Shown: positions 35,600-44,511 of the stretch, piece by piece
How positions within the stretch are numbered: position 1 is the first letter of the stretch
Layout: every line of letters begins with the position of its first letter
NCBI GenBank assembly: GCA_913044215.1
Contig: CAJWOT010000001.1
Location: 1-50,752, forward strand
Direction: 5' to 3'
Origin: an uncultured Rhodospirillaceae bacterium
Lineage (GTDB): Bacteria; Pseudomonadota; Alphaproteobacteria; UBA8366; GCA-2717185
DNA: 50,752 nt
The notes under the pieces: generated by a model
Told to the model about the DNA's origin: nothing
Database searches by the model: none
What the model saw: the letters and a program-made list of their open reading frames with translations, nothing else
Made by a program: the position numbers and the translations under genes

Positions 35600-36085
35600 T
35601 TAATCGCCTTCCGGGCGCTCGAAGATCATACAGCTCGTCGTAGCGTGGGCGAGCAGTTTGCCATTCTCGTCGGTGATCTTGCCTTCCGCATAGCCGGCAC
35701 GGCGGCCGCTGCGCAGCACCGTGCCGACCGCTGTGATGGTCCCGCTGTCGGGAACCACCGGCCGCATGAAGGTGATCTTGAATTCGAGGGTCGTGGAGCC
35801 GAGTCCTTGATCGAGTGTCGTGGCCACGGCGAGACCCATGCAGGCGTCGAGCAAGGTGGCGGAATAGCCGCCATGCACCGTGCCCTGAGGGTTGAGATAC
35901 GCGCCGGTCGGTGCCGCGGTGATCACGACCCGGCCGACCTCTGCCTCGACGACATCGTAATCGAGCACTTCCGCCATCGTATTGAGGGGTTGCGAGCCGT
36001 CTGCGAGCCCTTTCACGAACGCGAGTCCGCTCATCTTGTTCTGTTCAGAACTCGGCACCGTGCCGTAGCGTTTGGCCGCCATCAA
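35600..36085 (-). CDS. PaaI-family thioesterase (hotdog fold)
   Basis: 'NPQGTVHGGYSATLLDACMGLAV'. The start overlaps the stop of the upstream crotonase gene (ATGA). Confidence 0.85.
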   Translation of the reverse strand: MMAAKRYGTVPSSEQNKMSGLAFVKGLADGSQPLNTMAEVLDYDVVEAEVGRVVITAAPTGAYLNPQGTVHGGYSATLLDACMGLAVATTLDQGLGSTTLEFKITFMRPVVPDSGTITAVGTVLRSGRRAGYAEGKITDENGKLLAHATTSCMIFERPEGD

Positions 36086-36927
36086 CTGTTCCCTCCACCC
36101 AGACCGGCGAATTGTGGTGGCCTACCATTCTGATAGGCGTCGACGCCTTCCTTGTAGTCGTCGCTCAACATGTGCTCGCCGATCAAGTCTTTCGATGCTT
36201 CGACCGATTTACCGACATCATGTTGCATCAGCTCCGCATAGAGTTGACGTTTAGAGGTCAGCATTGCCGCAGGAGAGTTCTGTTGCGCCATATGGTTGGC
36301 GGTCTCCGCGACCCGCTTGCGAAATTCCTTAAAGGGGTAAACCGCGTTTAGGAATCCCATTTCCTTGGCTTCCTCGGCCAGGAAGATGCGCCCGGTCAGC
36401 ATGATGTCGGCGGCATGTGTAACGCCGACCAGCCGCGGCAGAACCCAGGAGAGCCCGTATTCCGATGGCAGGCCGAGGCGGGGCCCTGCGGTTGTGAATT
36501 TTGATCCGATCGCGCCGTACCGCAGGTCGCAGAAGGCAGCCAAGGTTAGCGCGATTCCCGCGCAGGCACCGTTCATCGCGGCGATCACGGGTTTGCGCAG
36601 CCCCCAATGCCAGACCATGTCATGGTCGTATTCCCGCCGAACCCCGAATCCGGGCTTTTCCAGATCGTTGTCACGCACTGATTGCGCGTAATCCTCGCCA
36701 GTGTCGGAATAGTGATCGAGCGCTTTCATATCCGCGCCGACGCAGAATTGACGCCCGGTCCCGGTTACCACGATGACCCGGACGTCCGGATTTGCGTCGA
36801 GCTGCGCCATGCGCCAGCGATATTCGACATTCATCTGCATCGTCCATGAGTTGCCACGCCCGGGACGATCCAGATATACCGTGCCAACCCCATTCTCGAT
36901 CGTGCATTGCGTGACCTTGCATTCCAT
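36082..36927 (-). CDS. Enoyl-CoA hydratase-related (crotonase) protein
   Basis: 'VGTVYLDRPGRGNSW...VTGTGRQFCVGADM...AAMNGACAGIALTLAAFCDLRYG'. Confidence 0.85.
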   Translation of the reverse strand: MECKVTQCTIENGVGTVYLDRPGRGNSWTMQMNVEYRWRMAQLDANPDVRVIVVTGTGRQFCVGADMKALDHYSDTGEDYAQSVRDNDLEKPGFGVRREYDHDMVWHWGLRKPVIAAMNGACAGIALTLAAFCDLRYGAIGSKFTTAGPRLGLPSEYGLSWVLPRLVGVTHAADIMLTGRIFLAEEAKEMGFLNAVYPFKEFRKRVAETANHMAQQNSPAAMLTSKRQLYAELMQHDVGKSVEASKDLIGEHMLSDDYKEGVDAYQNGRPPQFAGLGGGNS

Positions 36928-37004
36928 CGTGAAAACCCTCTTTCGCTTGATTGCGAGCCGACCGTAACGAAATCGGCTCGCCGGGCAAACAAAAGGAAAT
37001 ACAT

Positions 37005-37637
37005 ATGTTCTATGAGCCGAAAGACGGCCACGGCCTGTCGAAGAATCCGTTCAACAGCCTTGTCGTGCCGCGGCCAATCGGCTGGATCAGTAGCACCGAC
37101 AAGAATGGGGTGGTCAATCTGGCGCCCTACAGCTTTTTCAACGCGACCAGCTATAACCCGCCGACGGTGATGTTTTCCGCGGGCAAGGGCCAGGTCGAAG
37201 ATGACGGGCGCAAGGATTCGCTGCGCAATATCCTCGAGACCGGCGAGTTCGTGCACAATTTCACGAATTGGGACACGCGCGAGGCGATGAATCAGAGCTC
37301 CGCGACCACATCGATGGATGTCGACGAGATGGCGATGGTTGGCCTCACGCCGATTCCGTCCAAGCTGGTCAAAGCGCCACGTGTGAAGGAGACGCCGATC
37401 CATTTCGAGTGCAAGCTCATTCAGACCGTCGATCTGCCGAACGAAAATCCGAACAACAAATACACCGTGGTCTTCGGCGAGGTGATCGGTATCCATATCG
37501 ACGACGATTTCATCCTGCCGAACGGCGAAATCGACATCGCCAAGCTGCACCCGATTTCGCGCATGGGCTATCAGGATTACAGCGAAGTGACGAGCGAGAC
37601 TGTCTTCACGATGGAGAGGCCGGGCTTCCGGGAGTAG
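37005..37637 (+). CDS. Flavin reductase family protein
   Basis: 'PRPIGWISSTDKNGVVNLAPYSFFNA...PPTVMFS'. The ATG at 37005 follows AAGGAAA. Confidence 0.85.
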   Translation: MFYEPKDGHGLSKNPFNSLVVPRPIGWISSTDKNGVVNLAPYSFFNATSYNPPTVMFSAGKGQVEDDGRKDSLRNILETGEFVHNFTNWDTREAMNQSSATTSMDVDEMAMVGLTPIPSKLVKAPRVKETPIHFECKLIQTVDLPNENPNNKYTVVFGEVIGIHIDDDFILPNGEIDIAKLHPISRMGYQDYSEVTSETVFTMERPGFRE

Positions 37638-37674
37638 GGGAGGTTGCGGCGTTTGACGGTTTGATCAAGTTTTA

Positions 37675-37775
37675 CCCTCACCCTGGCCCTTTCCCTAGGA
37701 AGAGGGTCCCTTTTGGAGCGCCTGCTTAGCTTTCTCTCTCCTTGGGCAGAGGGCTGGGGTGAGGGGAGGAACGTT
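37675..37775. repeat. GC-rich REP-like palindromic intergenic element
   Basis: Arms CCCTCACCCTGGCCCT (37675..37690) and AGGGCTGGGGTGAGGG (37760..37775) are complementary at 14 of 16 positions. Smaller internal dyads are present. Spurious translation gives 'PHPGPFPRKRVP', the signature of a widespread proteobacterial spacer repeat (from memory). Confidence 0.5.
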
Positions 37776-37807
37776 ATGAGCGCAGCATCGATGGAAGGTT
37801 TCCCGCG

Positions 37808-38677
37808 ATGACGACCCCGTCCGCCGCGCGCGGCGCGCTGCTCATTCTGCTTTCCGGCTTGGGCCTCAGCTTCGGTGGGCTGATCGTCCGGCATATCAAT
37901 GTCGCGGACGACTGGCAGATCGTTTTCTACCGCTCGACCGTGGTCACCCTGATGCTGCTGTTGTTTATTGCGCTGCGCGACCGGTGCGCCGTCCTCAGGA
38001 CCTTTCGCCGTTGCGGATGGCCCGGGGTTTGCGCCGGACTGTCGATCTCGGTGGCGATGGTAACGTTCATCCTGTCGGTCAACGCGACGAGCGTTGCCAA
38101 CACCCTGTTCGTGCTGGCGGTCGCGCCGTTTCTGGCCGCAGTGCTGGGCTGGCTACTGCTGCGTGAACGGGTCAGGCGGGCGACCTGGGTGGCGATGGCC
38201 GTGGCGCTCGCTGGGGTCGCAATCATGGTCTGGCACGGTGTGAGCGGAGGCAGCCTGTACGGCAATCTGATGGCGTTGATCACCGCCTTAGGGTTCGCCG
38301 GCTTCACCGTAGCGCTGCGTTTCGGGCGCCAGACCGACATGATGCCAGCCGTCTGCCTGGCCGGCGTGTTCAGCGCTACCGCTGGTGCATTTGTCGTAAC
38401 GCTCTCCGGTGCGGGCTTCGCCATTCCGTTGGCCGATATCGGCTACAGCGCGCTCTACGGTGCGTTGATCGCGACCGGCCTTGCCGCCTTCACCGTTGGC
38501 GGCCGCGCAGTCCCCGCCGCCGTACTGGCCTTGCTGTCGTTGACCGAAACACTTTTCGGTCCGGTCTGGGTGTTGCTGTTCCTGAACGAGGTGCCGCACG
38601 CGACGACCTTGATCGGTGGTGCTGTCCTGATGTCGGCAATTGTCTGGCAAGCGATCTCGAGCATGCGCCGCGCGTGA
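37808..38677 (+). CDS. EamA/DMT-family transporter
   Basis: 289 aa with ten hydrophobic helices and duplicated EamA halves. Confidence 0.85.
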   Translation: MTTPSAARGALLILLSGLGLSFGGLIVRHINVADDWQIVFYRSTVVTLMLLLFIALRDRCAVLRTFRRCGWPGVCAGLSISVAMVTFILSVNATSVANTLFVLAVAPFLAAVLGWLLLRERVRRATWVAMAVALAGVAIMVWHGVSGGSLYGNLMALITALGFAGFTVALRFGRQTDMMPAVCLAGVFSATAGAFVVTLSGAGFAIPLADIGYSALYGALIATGLAAFTVGGRAVPAAVLALLSLTETLFGPVWVLLFLNEVPHATTLIGGAVLMSAIVWQAISSMRRA

Positions 38678-38747
38678 CCGTTCCCTCTGTACCTTTGCGT
38701 GTACAGCGCTCTAATCTGTTCGCGTATCATAAACATAAGAGGCCGCC

Positions 38748-40016
38748 ATGCTGAAACCCGAAGACAACGAACTCCTGTGCCGCGTCGGACCGGGGACGCC
38801 GATGGGAGAGCTGTTTCGGCGCTTCTGGGTGCCGGCGCTGATCCCGTCGGAGATCGCGGAGCCGGACTGCGACCCGGTCAAGCTGCGGCTGTTGGGCGAG
38901 GACCTTGTTGCGTTTCGCGACACGAACGGACGCATCGGGGTTTTGGAGGAGCGCTGCCCCCATCGCCGCGCTTCGCTCTTTTTCGGGCGAAACGAGCAAT
39001 GCGGGATCCGCTGCGTCTATCACGGCTGGAAATTTGATGTGGACGGCAATTGCACCGAAATGCCAAATGAACGGCCGGAAACCGACTTCAAACACAAGGT
39101 GCGGATCAAGAGCTACGCGGCGGCGGAGTGGGGCGGCTATATCTGGGTGTATATGGGACCGGCCGAGCTCAAGCCGCCTCTGCCGGAATTCGAATGGGCG
39201 ACGTTGCCGCCCGCGCATCGCTGGCAGCGTAAATGGCACTATTCTGCAAACTGGATGCAGGGTTTGGAGGGTGAGCTCGATACCTGTCATACGACCTTCC
39301 TGCATGGCGGAATCGATCCGGCGACGCTGTCGCCCGGACTCACTGAGTCGACTTCGAATTGGGCCAAGGACGGCATGCCGGAGCTCAATGTCCGCGATAC
39401 CGAATATGGCTACTATTACGGGTCGAAGCGGGATTTTGGTGATGGGACCTACAATTGGCGGCTGACACAGTGGATCCTGCCTTGCAATTCGATCATCCCG
39501 CACGCCAAGTTTCCGATATCCTCTCGTGCCTATGTCCCGATTGACGATGACAATACGTTCGTCTTTGGCAGCTCCTTCAACCCTGAAGCGCCGATGACGC
39601 AGGAAGACCGCGACTATCTGGAGACCGGCATGGGTGCGGCGCCGAAGTTGATCCCGGGGACCTTCACGCCAGAGGTGAACAAGACGAATGACTATCAGCG
39701 CGACCGCGCGCTGCAGCGGTCAGGCCACGCGACGGGCATCCCCGGGGTGAACAACCAGGATCGGGCGATCGTCGAGGCGATGGGGCCGATCGTCGATCGG
39801 GAGAATGAGCATCTGGGCACCTCGGATGTCGCGGTCATCGCCGCGCGCCGGAAGCTCATTCGAATGGCGAAGGACCTTGCGGACGGCAAGGAGCCGGAAT
39901 TGCCGCATAATCCCGCGGCGTTCAACGTGCGGCCGATCGATGTGACGGTCTCGCAGGATAGTCTCGACGCCGTTGTATCGTCCTGCGGCGATAAGCTGCG
40001 TTTCGCTGCTGAGTAG
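38748..40016 (+). CDS. Rieske [2Fe-2S] aromatic-ring-hydroxylating oxygenase, alpha subunit (phthalate/VanA-type, single component)
   Basis: Rieske motif 'CPHRRASLFFGRNEQCGIRCVYHGWKF' and a mononuclear-iron region 'NWMQGLEGELDTCHTTFLH'. Confidence 0.9.
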   Translation: MLKPEDNELLCRVGPGTPMGELFRRFWVPALIPSEIAEPDCDPVKLRLLGEDLVAFRDTNGRIGVLEERCPHRRASLFFGRNEQCGIRCVYHGWKFDVDGNCTEMPNERPETDFKHKVRIKSYAAAEWGGYIWVYMGPAELKPPLPEFEWATLPPAHRWQRKWHYSANWMQGLEGELDTCHTTFLHGGIDPATLSPGLTESTSNWAKDGMPELNVRDTEYGYYYGSKRDFGDGTYNWRLTQWILPCNSIIPHAKFPISSRAYVPIDDDNTFVFGSSFNPEAPMTQEDRDYLETGMGAAPKLIPGTFTPEVNKTNDYQRDRALQRSGHATGIPGVNNQDRAIVEAMGPIVDRENEHLGTSDVAVIAARRKLIRMAKDLADGKEPELPHNPAAFNVRPIDVTVSQDSLDAVVSSCGDKLRFAAE

Positions 40017-40030
40017 CTTCGCAGGAGCCC

Positions 40031-40951
40031 CTAGGTTTCCGCCGCCTGCTTTCTCTCCTGCTCGACGACATCGTCGAAGAAGCGGTTTTCCAGGATGCTC
40101 TGATTCGAATAGATCGAACCGACCACTGCTGAGGGTCGCAGGGGCAGGGGGATGCGGATCGGCGCCGGAACCACGCGGGGCGTCAGGGTCGGCTCTCCGT
40201 GGACGATCTTTTCATTGAAGCCGTCCAACCCGCCCTTCAAATCGGCGAGCGGCCAGGCGTCCGCCGCGGCGTAGGCCTGCAGCAGAAAACGTCGTGAGCG
40301 GCCTGACCGGTTGAAGGCGGAGCCGTGCAAAAGGCGGGCATGATGAATCGTCAACGTCCCTGCAGGCCCCATCAACGGGACCGCCTTGGCGATCTCGTCC
40401 TTGATGGCGTCCGGGTCAATGGCCCCGCAGAAATAGCCATGTTCATGATGATCATAGGTCGGGCCCTTATGGCTGCCCGGCACCACAAACATCGGTCCGT
40501 TCTCTTCCGTACAGTCATCCAGATAGATACCGACAGCCAGAACGTCGTCATTGGTGTGCGGGTAGAACGCCCAATCCTGATGCCATTCGACGGATTCGCC
40601 GACTTCGGCGGACTTCATGTTGATCTTGGTGTTGTGAACGCGAATGCCGGACGGCATCAGCGGCGCCAAAATTTCCATGATCAAGGGTTCGGCGACGAAA
40701 TCTGCGAAGAAATCCGAATGTTCGTGATGAGACTTGATCCGACGGATGCGCGGTTTGTCCGGCGTGTGCGAGGGATCGAGATCGAGCATGTCGGTGCCGG
40801 CGGTGACTTGGTAGGCTTCCGCGCACATCCGCTCGGTTTCTTGGATAACGGCCTGCAGGCGGTCCTGCGGCACCGCGTCTGTGATCACAAGATAGCCGTC
40901 GCGGTCGTAGCGATCCAATTCTTCCTGGGTCAGCGTGCGAGTCATCGCCAT
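40031..40951 (-). CDS. Phytanoyl-CoA dioxygenase (PhyH) family protein
   Basis: 'LTQEELDRYDRDGYLVI', 'VEWHQDWAFYP', 'FVVPGSHKG', 'IHHARLLHGS'. Confidence 0.85.
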   Translation of the reverse strand: MAMTRTLTQEELDRYDRDGYLVITDAVPQDRLQAVIQETERMCAEAYQVTAGTDMLDLDPSHTPDKPRIRRIKSHHEHSDFFADFVAEPLIMEILAPLMPSGIRVHNTKINMKSAEVGESVEWHQDWAFYPHTNDDVLAVGIYLDDCTEENGPMFVVPGSHKGPTYDHHEHGYFCGAIDPDAIKDEIAKAVPLMGPAGTLTIHHARLLHGSAFNRSGRSRRFLLQAYAAADAWPLADLKGGLDGFNEKIVHGEPTLTPRVVPAPIRIPLPLRPSAVVGSIYSNQSILENRFFDDVVEQERKQAAET

Positions 40952-41029
40952 TTCTCCTAGTATGCGTCGGTCGGAGAATAATATTGTCGTCTGCGTTAGG
41001 CAAATTGGCCAATTTGAGGTGTTTCAGCC

Positions 41030-42307
41030 ATGTCTGCCGATGAACAGAGCACAGCCGTTTCGAACCTGAATGACTGGCATTTACTGCATTACGGCCGGGA
41101 TTTTATCGAGGCGCTGATCGTTCGATCCGAAGGGGCGTACATTTACACGGAAGAGGGCCGGGCGGTATTGGATTTCTCTTCAGGGCAGATGTGCGCGACA
41201 ATCGGGCACAACCATCCCCGAATAGTAGAAGCGATGGCGTAGGCCGGCCGCACCGTGCTGCATCTCGACAGCACGATGCTGTCGCCCGATGTCGTTGAAT
41301 TGGCCGATCGGCTTTGCGGTTTGTTGCCGCCATCGCTGAGCAAGGCGCAGTTTCTTAATACCGGTGGCGAAGCGAACGAATCGGCAATCCGGTTTGCCAA
41401 GATTGCATCCGGGCGGTTCGAGGTGATCGGCATGGCCGGCTCCTGGCACGGCACCACCACCGGCGCCTCGTCGGCGACCTATGCGCATGGGCGCAAGAAT
41501 TACGGTCCAGCGATGCCCGGCCTCTTGGCGAGCCCGGCGCCGAACGCCTACCGATGTCCGATCCGCCGTTGCCGGGAGCATTGCGACATGACGTGCCTCG
41601 ACATCGGGTTCGATATGATCGGCGCGACGTCGGTCGGGTCCGAGGTGGCGCTGATTGTCGAGCCGGTCCAAAGCGCGGGCGGCATCGTGGTGCCGCCGGA
41701 AGGGTATTTCCAGCGCCTGCGCGATCATTGCGAAAGCCGCGGCATCCTGTTGATTTTCGATGAGGCGCAGACCGGATTAGGCCGTGTCGAGGCGATGTTC
41801 GCTTTCGAAGAGGTCGGCGTTGTGCCCGATATTCTGACCCTGTCGAAGACCTTGGGCGGCGGCTTGCCGCTCTCCGCTGTCGTCGCGTCGGAAGAAGTCG
41901 CGGCCCAGGGCAAGTAAGGCAGCTTCGGCCACTACACCTCGCATGCGTCCGATCCCCTCTTGGCGACCGTGGGGCTGGCGGTTGTCGATGTCATCGTCGG
42001 GGACGCGCTTGCCGACCGTGCAAAGCATCTCGGCGACCGGCTGCGGGACGGGTTGCGCGCGCTGCAGGGCCGGCACCAGGCGATCGGTGACATCCGGGGC
42101 CGCGGCTTGCTGCTGGGCGTCGAGATCGTGACCGACCGCGAGACGCGCGCGCCGGGGCATGAACTGATCGTGCAACTGACCGATCGATGCTTCGAACTGG
42201 GTTTGAATGTCAATCGGGTCGGTGGTCCGCACAGCGTATGGCGCTTGGCCCCGCCGCTCACCATCACAGAGGAGGAGATCGACGAGGCCGTGGCGATCAT
42301 GGATTAG
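41030..42307 (+). pseudogene. Class III (DgdA/omega-type) PLP aminotransferase with two in-frame stops (TAG 41240..41242, TAA 41915..41917)
   Basis: ORFs 41030..41242, 41255..41917 and 41960..42307 share one frame and join into a 423-aa protein plus two stops. It is collinear with 2,2-dialkylglycine decarboxylase as I recall it. Matching blocks are 'LDFSSGQMCATIGHNHP', 'NTGGEANESAIRFAK', 'LIFDEAQTGLGR', 'DILTLSKTLGGGLPL', 'GDIRGRGLLLGVEIV'. Confidence 0.85.
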
Positions 42308-42399
42308 GCACTGACCGAAATCGCCGGCTGACCGTTCGCCTTTCGGGGGCCGTCGTCTATCCTGTCCGAACTGATCGATTAATTTGCGAAAGGTGCGCC

Positions 42400-43290
42400 A
42401 TGAACGACCTGCCCGACATCCTCGAGTCTCCCGAAATCACCCATCAGGCGACCGGGTTTGTCTTCACCGAAGGGCCGCTCTGGCATCCGGACGATTTCTG
42501 GTACTTCAACGATATCCGGCCGGGCACCTTGTACAAGATGCGGTTGGGCGAAGAACCGGAAATGATACGCAAGACCGTCGGCGGCAACGGGATGACCTTC
42601 GATCTGAAGGGCCGGATCATCCATTGCGAGGGCGAGGCGCGTAATGTCACGCGGACCGATCTGGACGGCACGGTGACCAGTTTGGTCGATCGCTTCGAAG
42701 GCGGGCGCTTCAACCGGCCGAACGACGTCATCTGTCATTCCGACGGCAGCCTCTATTTCACCGACCCGTCCATGCGGCGGCCTTTCGCCGAAAGGGAAGT
42801 GCCGGGTCCGGACGGGGAGGACGCTGTCTGGGCGGGCGCTCGGGTCTATCGGGTCGCACCGGACGACAGTATCTCCGCGGTCGTGACCGTCGAGTACCCT
42901 AACGGGCTGGCCCTGTCGCCCGACGAGAAGACGCTCTACATCGCCAACACCCGGTCCAACCAGTATGTCCACGCGATCGAGATAGAAGCGGACGGTACCT
43001 ATGTCCGGCGGCGAATTTTTTGCGATTTCAGCGGGGACGAGGTCGGTTTCCCAGACGGCATGAAGGTCGACAGCGCCGGGCGCGTGTTCTGCACCGGCCC
43101 GGGCGGTATCTGGGTCGTCGAGCCGGACGGCACGCATATCGGCACGATCCGCTTCCCGGAACAGGCGATCAATATGGCTTTCGGCGGCGAGGATCTATGC
43201 ACGCTCTTCGTAACGGCGCATACGTCGGTCTACACGGTGCGTGTGAAAACGCCGGGCCAAGCGCATCCGTTTTATCTCGTGGGGAAATAG
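42400..43290 (+). CDS. SMP-30/gluconolactonase/LRE-family protein
   Basis: 'FTEGPLWHPDD...RFNRPNDVICHSDGSLYFTDP...YPNGLALSPDEKTLYIA...FPDGMKVDSAGRVF'. Start at 42400. Confidence 0.85.
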   Translation: MNDLPDILESPEITHQATGFVFTEGPLWHPDDFWYFNDIRPGTLYKMRLGEEPEMIRKTVGGNGMTFDLKGRIIHCEGEARNVTRTDLDGTVTSLVDRFEGGRFNRPNDVICHSDGSLYFTDPSMRRPFAEREVPGPDGEDAVWAGARVYRVAPDDSISAVVTVEYPNGLALSPDEKTLYIANTRSNQYVHAIEIEADGTYVRRRIFCDFSGDEVGFPDGMKVDSAGRVFCTGPGGIWVVEPDGTHIGTIRFPEQAINMAFGGEDLCTLFVTAHTSVYTVRVKTPGQAHPFYLVGK

Positions 43291-43443
43291 GCGTTTCCGT
43301 TCGTAGCTCTCGTCTTTGTCCAGTTTAAATAAGTCGATGCTGCCGTTGACCGTAGCTCTTAAAACCGCTGTCGCTTTCCTTAAGGTACAAATCTATGGTG
43401 CGCACTCCGTAACAAATTGGCAATGCGACGGCAGGAGTAACTC

Positions 43444-44511
43444 ATGAAATTCGGCGGCGTCGTTGCGACCAAAATCGACGACTGGCAGATCTTCCCGTTC
43501 CTGGAAGAGCTTGGTTACGACAGCGCCTGGGCGCCGGATTCGCAGATGATCTGGTCGGATTGCTATGCGACCCTGGCGCTGGCAGCACATCACACGAGCC
43601 GTATCCGATTGGGCACGGGCGTGTCCATCGCGGGCACGCGGGCCGCGCCCGTGACCGCGCATTCCATAGCAACGATCAACAAGCTGGCGCCGGGTCGCAC
43701 GTTTCTCGGGATCGGCACGGGCCACACGGCGATGCGCATCATGGGGCAGAACCCGGTGCCGCCGAGTAAGTTCCGCGACTATCTGCGGGTCCTACATGGC
43801 CTGATGCGCGGCGAAGAGGTCGAGTATGAAGGTCAGCTGATCCGGTTCCTGGACCGCGAGCTCGAGTGCATCAATACGGACGACCACATCGACATCTATG
43901 TCGCCGCGAATGGGCCGAAGGCGATGGCGGCCGCTGGCGCCTATGGCGACGCGCGGGTCGGGGCCGGCAACGAACCGGTCAGCCTGTTTCAGCGCAACAT
44001 GGAGCGTATGCGCAAAGGCGCGGAAGACGTTGGACGGGACCTGCAGGATGACTTTCCTTCCGCCGTTCTGACATATGCCTGCATCCTGCAACCGGGGGAA
44101 AGACTCACAGACGACCGGGTGATAGACGAAGTTGGTTCTGCGGCGCTATCGAGCCTGCATTTCTGGTACGAGATCTATCTGCAGCGCGGTACAGATGCCT
44201 TCATCATGCCGGCGGTGCATGATACCTGGGACGCCTACAAAGCCTATGTCGAAAGCGAGTTCCCGCTGGAGCGGCGGCACCAGTATCTCCACCGCGGCCA
44301 TTGCGCCTTTACCCCGGAGGGCGAGCGGCAGTTCATTACGCCCGAACTGATCCGTGCTTCCGGCGGGCTGGTCGGCGAACCGGACGAAATCGTTGAACAG
44401 ATCCGGACCTTCGAGGCGGGCGGTCTCACCGAAACACTCTTGCTACCGCCTGTTGCCGTGGCGCGCGACAACTTCAAAAGTTTTGCCGAGCAGGTGATCG
44501 CGCGCTATTAG
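43444..44511 (+). CDS. LLM-class F420/flavin-dependent oxidoreductase
   Basis: 'LEELGYDSAWAPDSQMIWSD...RIRLGTGVSIAGTR...FLGIGTGHTAMR'. Confidence 0.85.
   Translation: MKFGGVVATKIDDWQIFPFLEELGYDSAWAPDSQMIWSDCYATLALAAHHTSRIRLGTGVSIAGTRAAPVTAHSIATINKLAPGRTFLGIGTGHTAMRIMGQNPVPPSKFRDYLRVLHGLMRGEEVEYEGQLIRFLDRELECINTDDHIDIYVAANGPKAMAAAGAYGDARVGAGNEPVSLFQRNMERMRKGAEDVGRDLQDDFPSAVLTYACILQPGERLTDDRVIDEVGSAALSSLHFWYEIYLQRGTDAFIMPAVHDTWDAYKAYVESEFPLERRHQYLHRGHCAFTPEGERQFITPELIRASGGLVGEPDEIVEQIRTFEAGGLTETLLLPPVAVARDNFKSFAEQVIARY

Noticed and set aside
38727-39503. 258-aa minus-strand ORF
   Set aside because: It lies antisense to the Rieske oxygenase gene. It is an Arg-rich shadow ORF.
19978-41917. Stop-codon reassignment (TAG/TAA read as sense) to explain the in-frame stops
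   Set aside because: Well-supported genes in the same window terminate at TAA (3547..3549), TAG (4110..4112, 24981..24983) and TGA at positions matching the expected protein ends. A global code change is therefore not supported.
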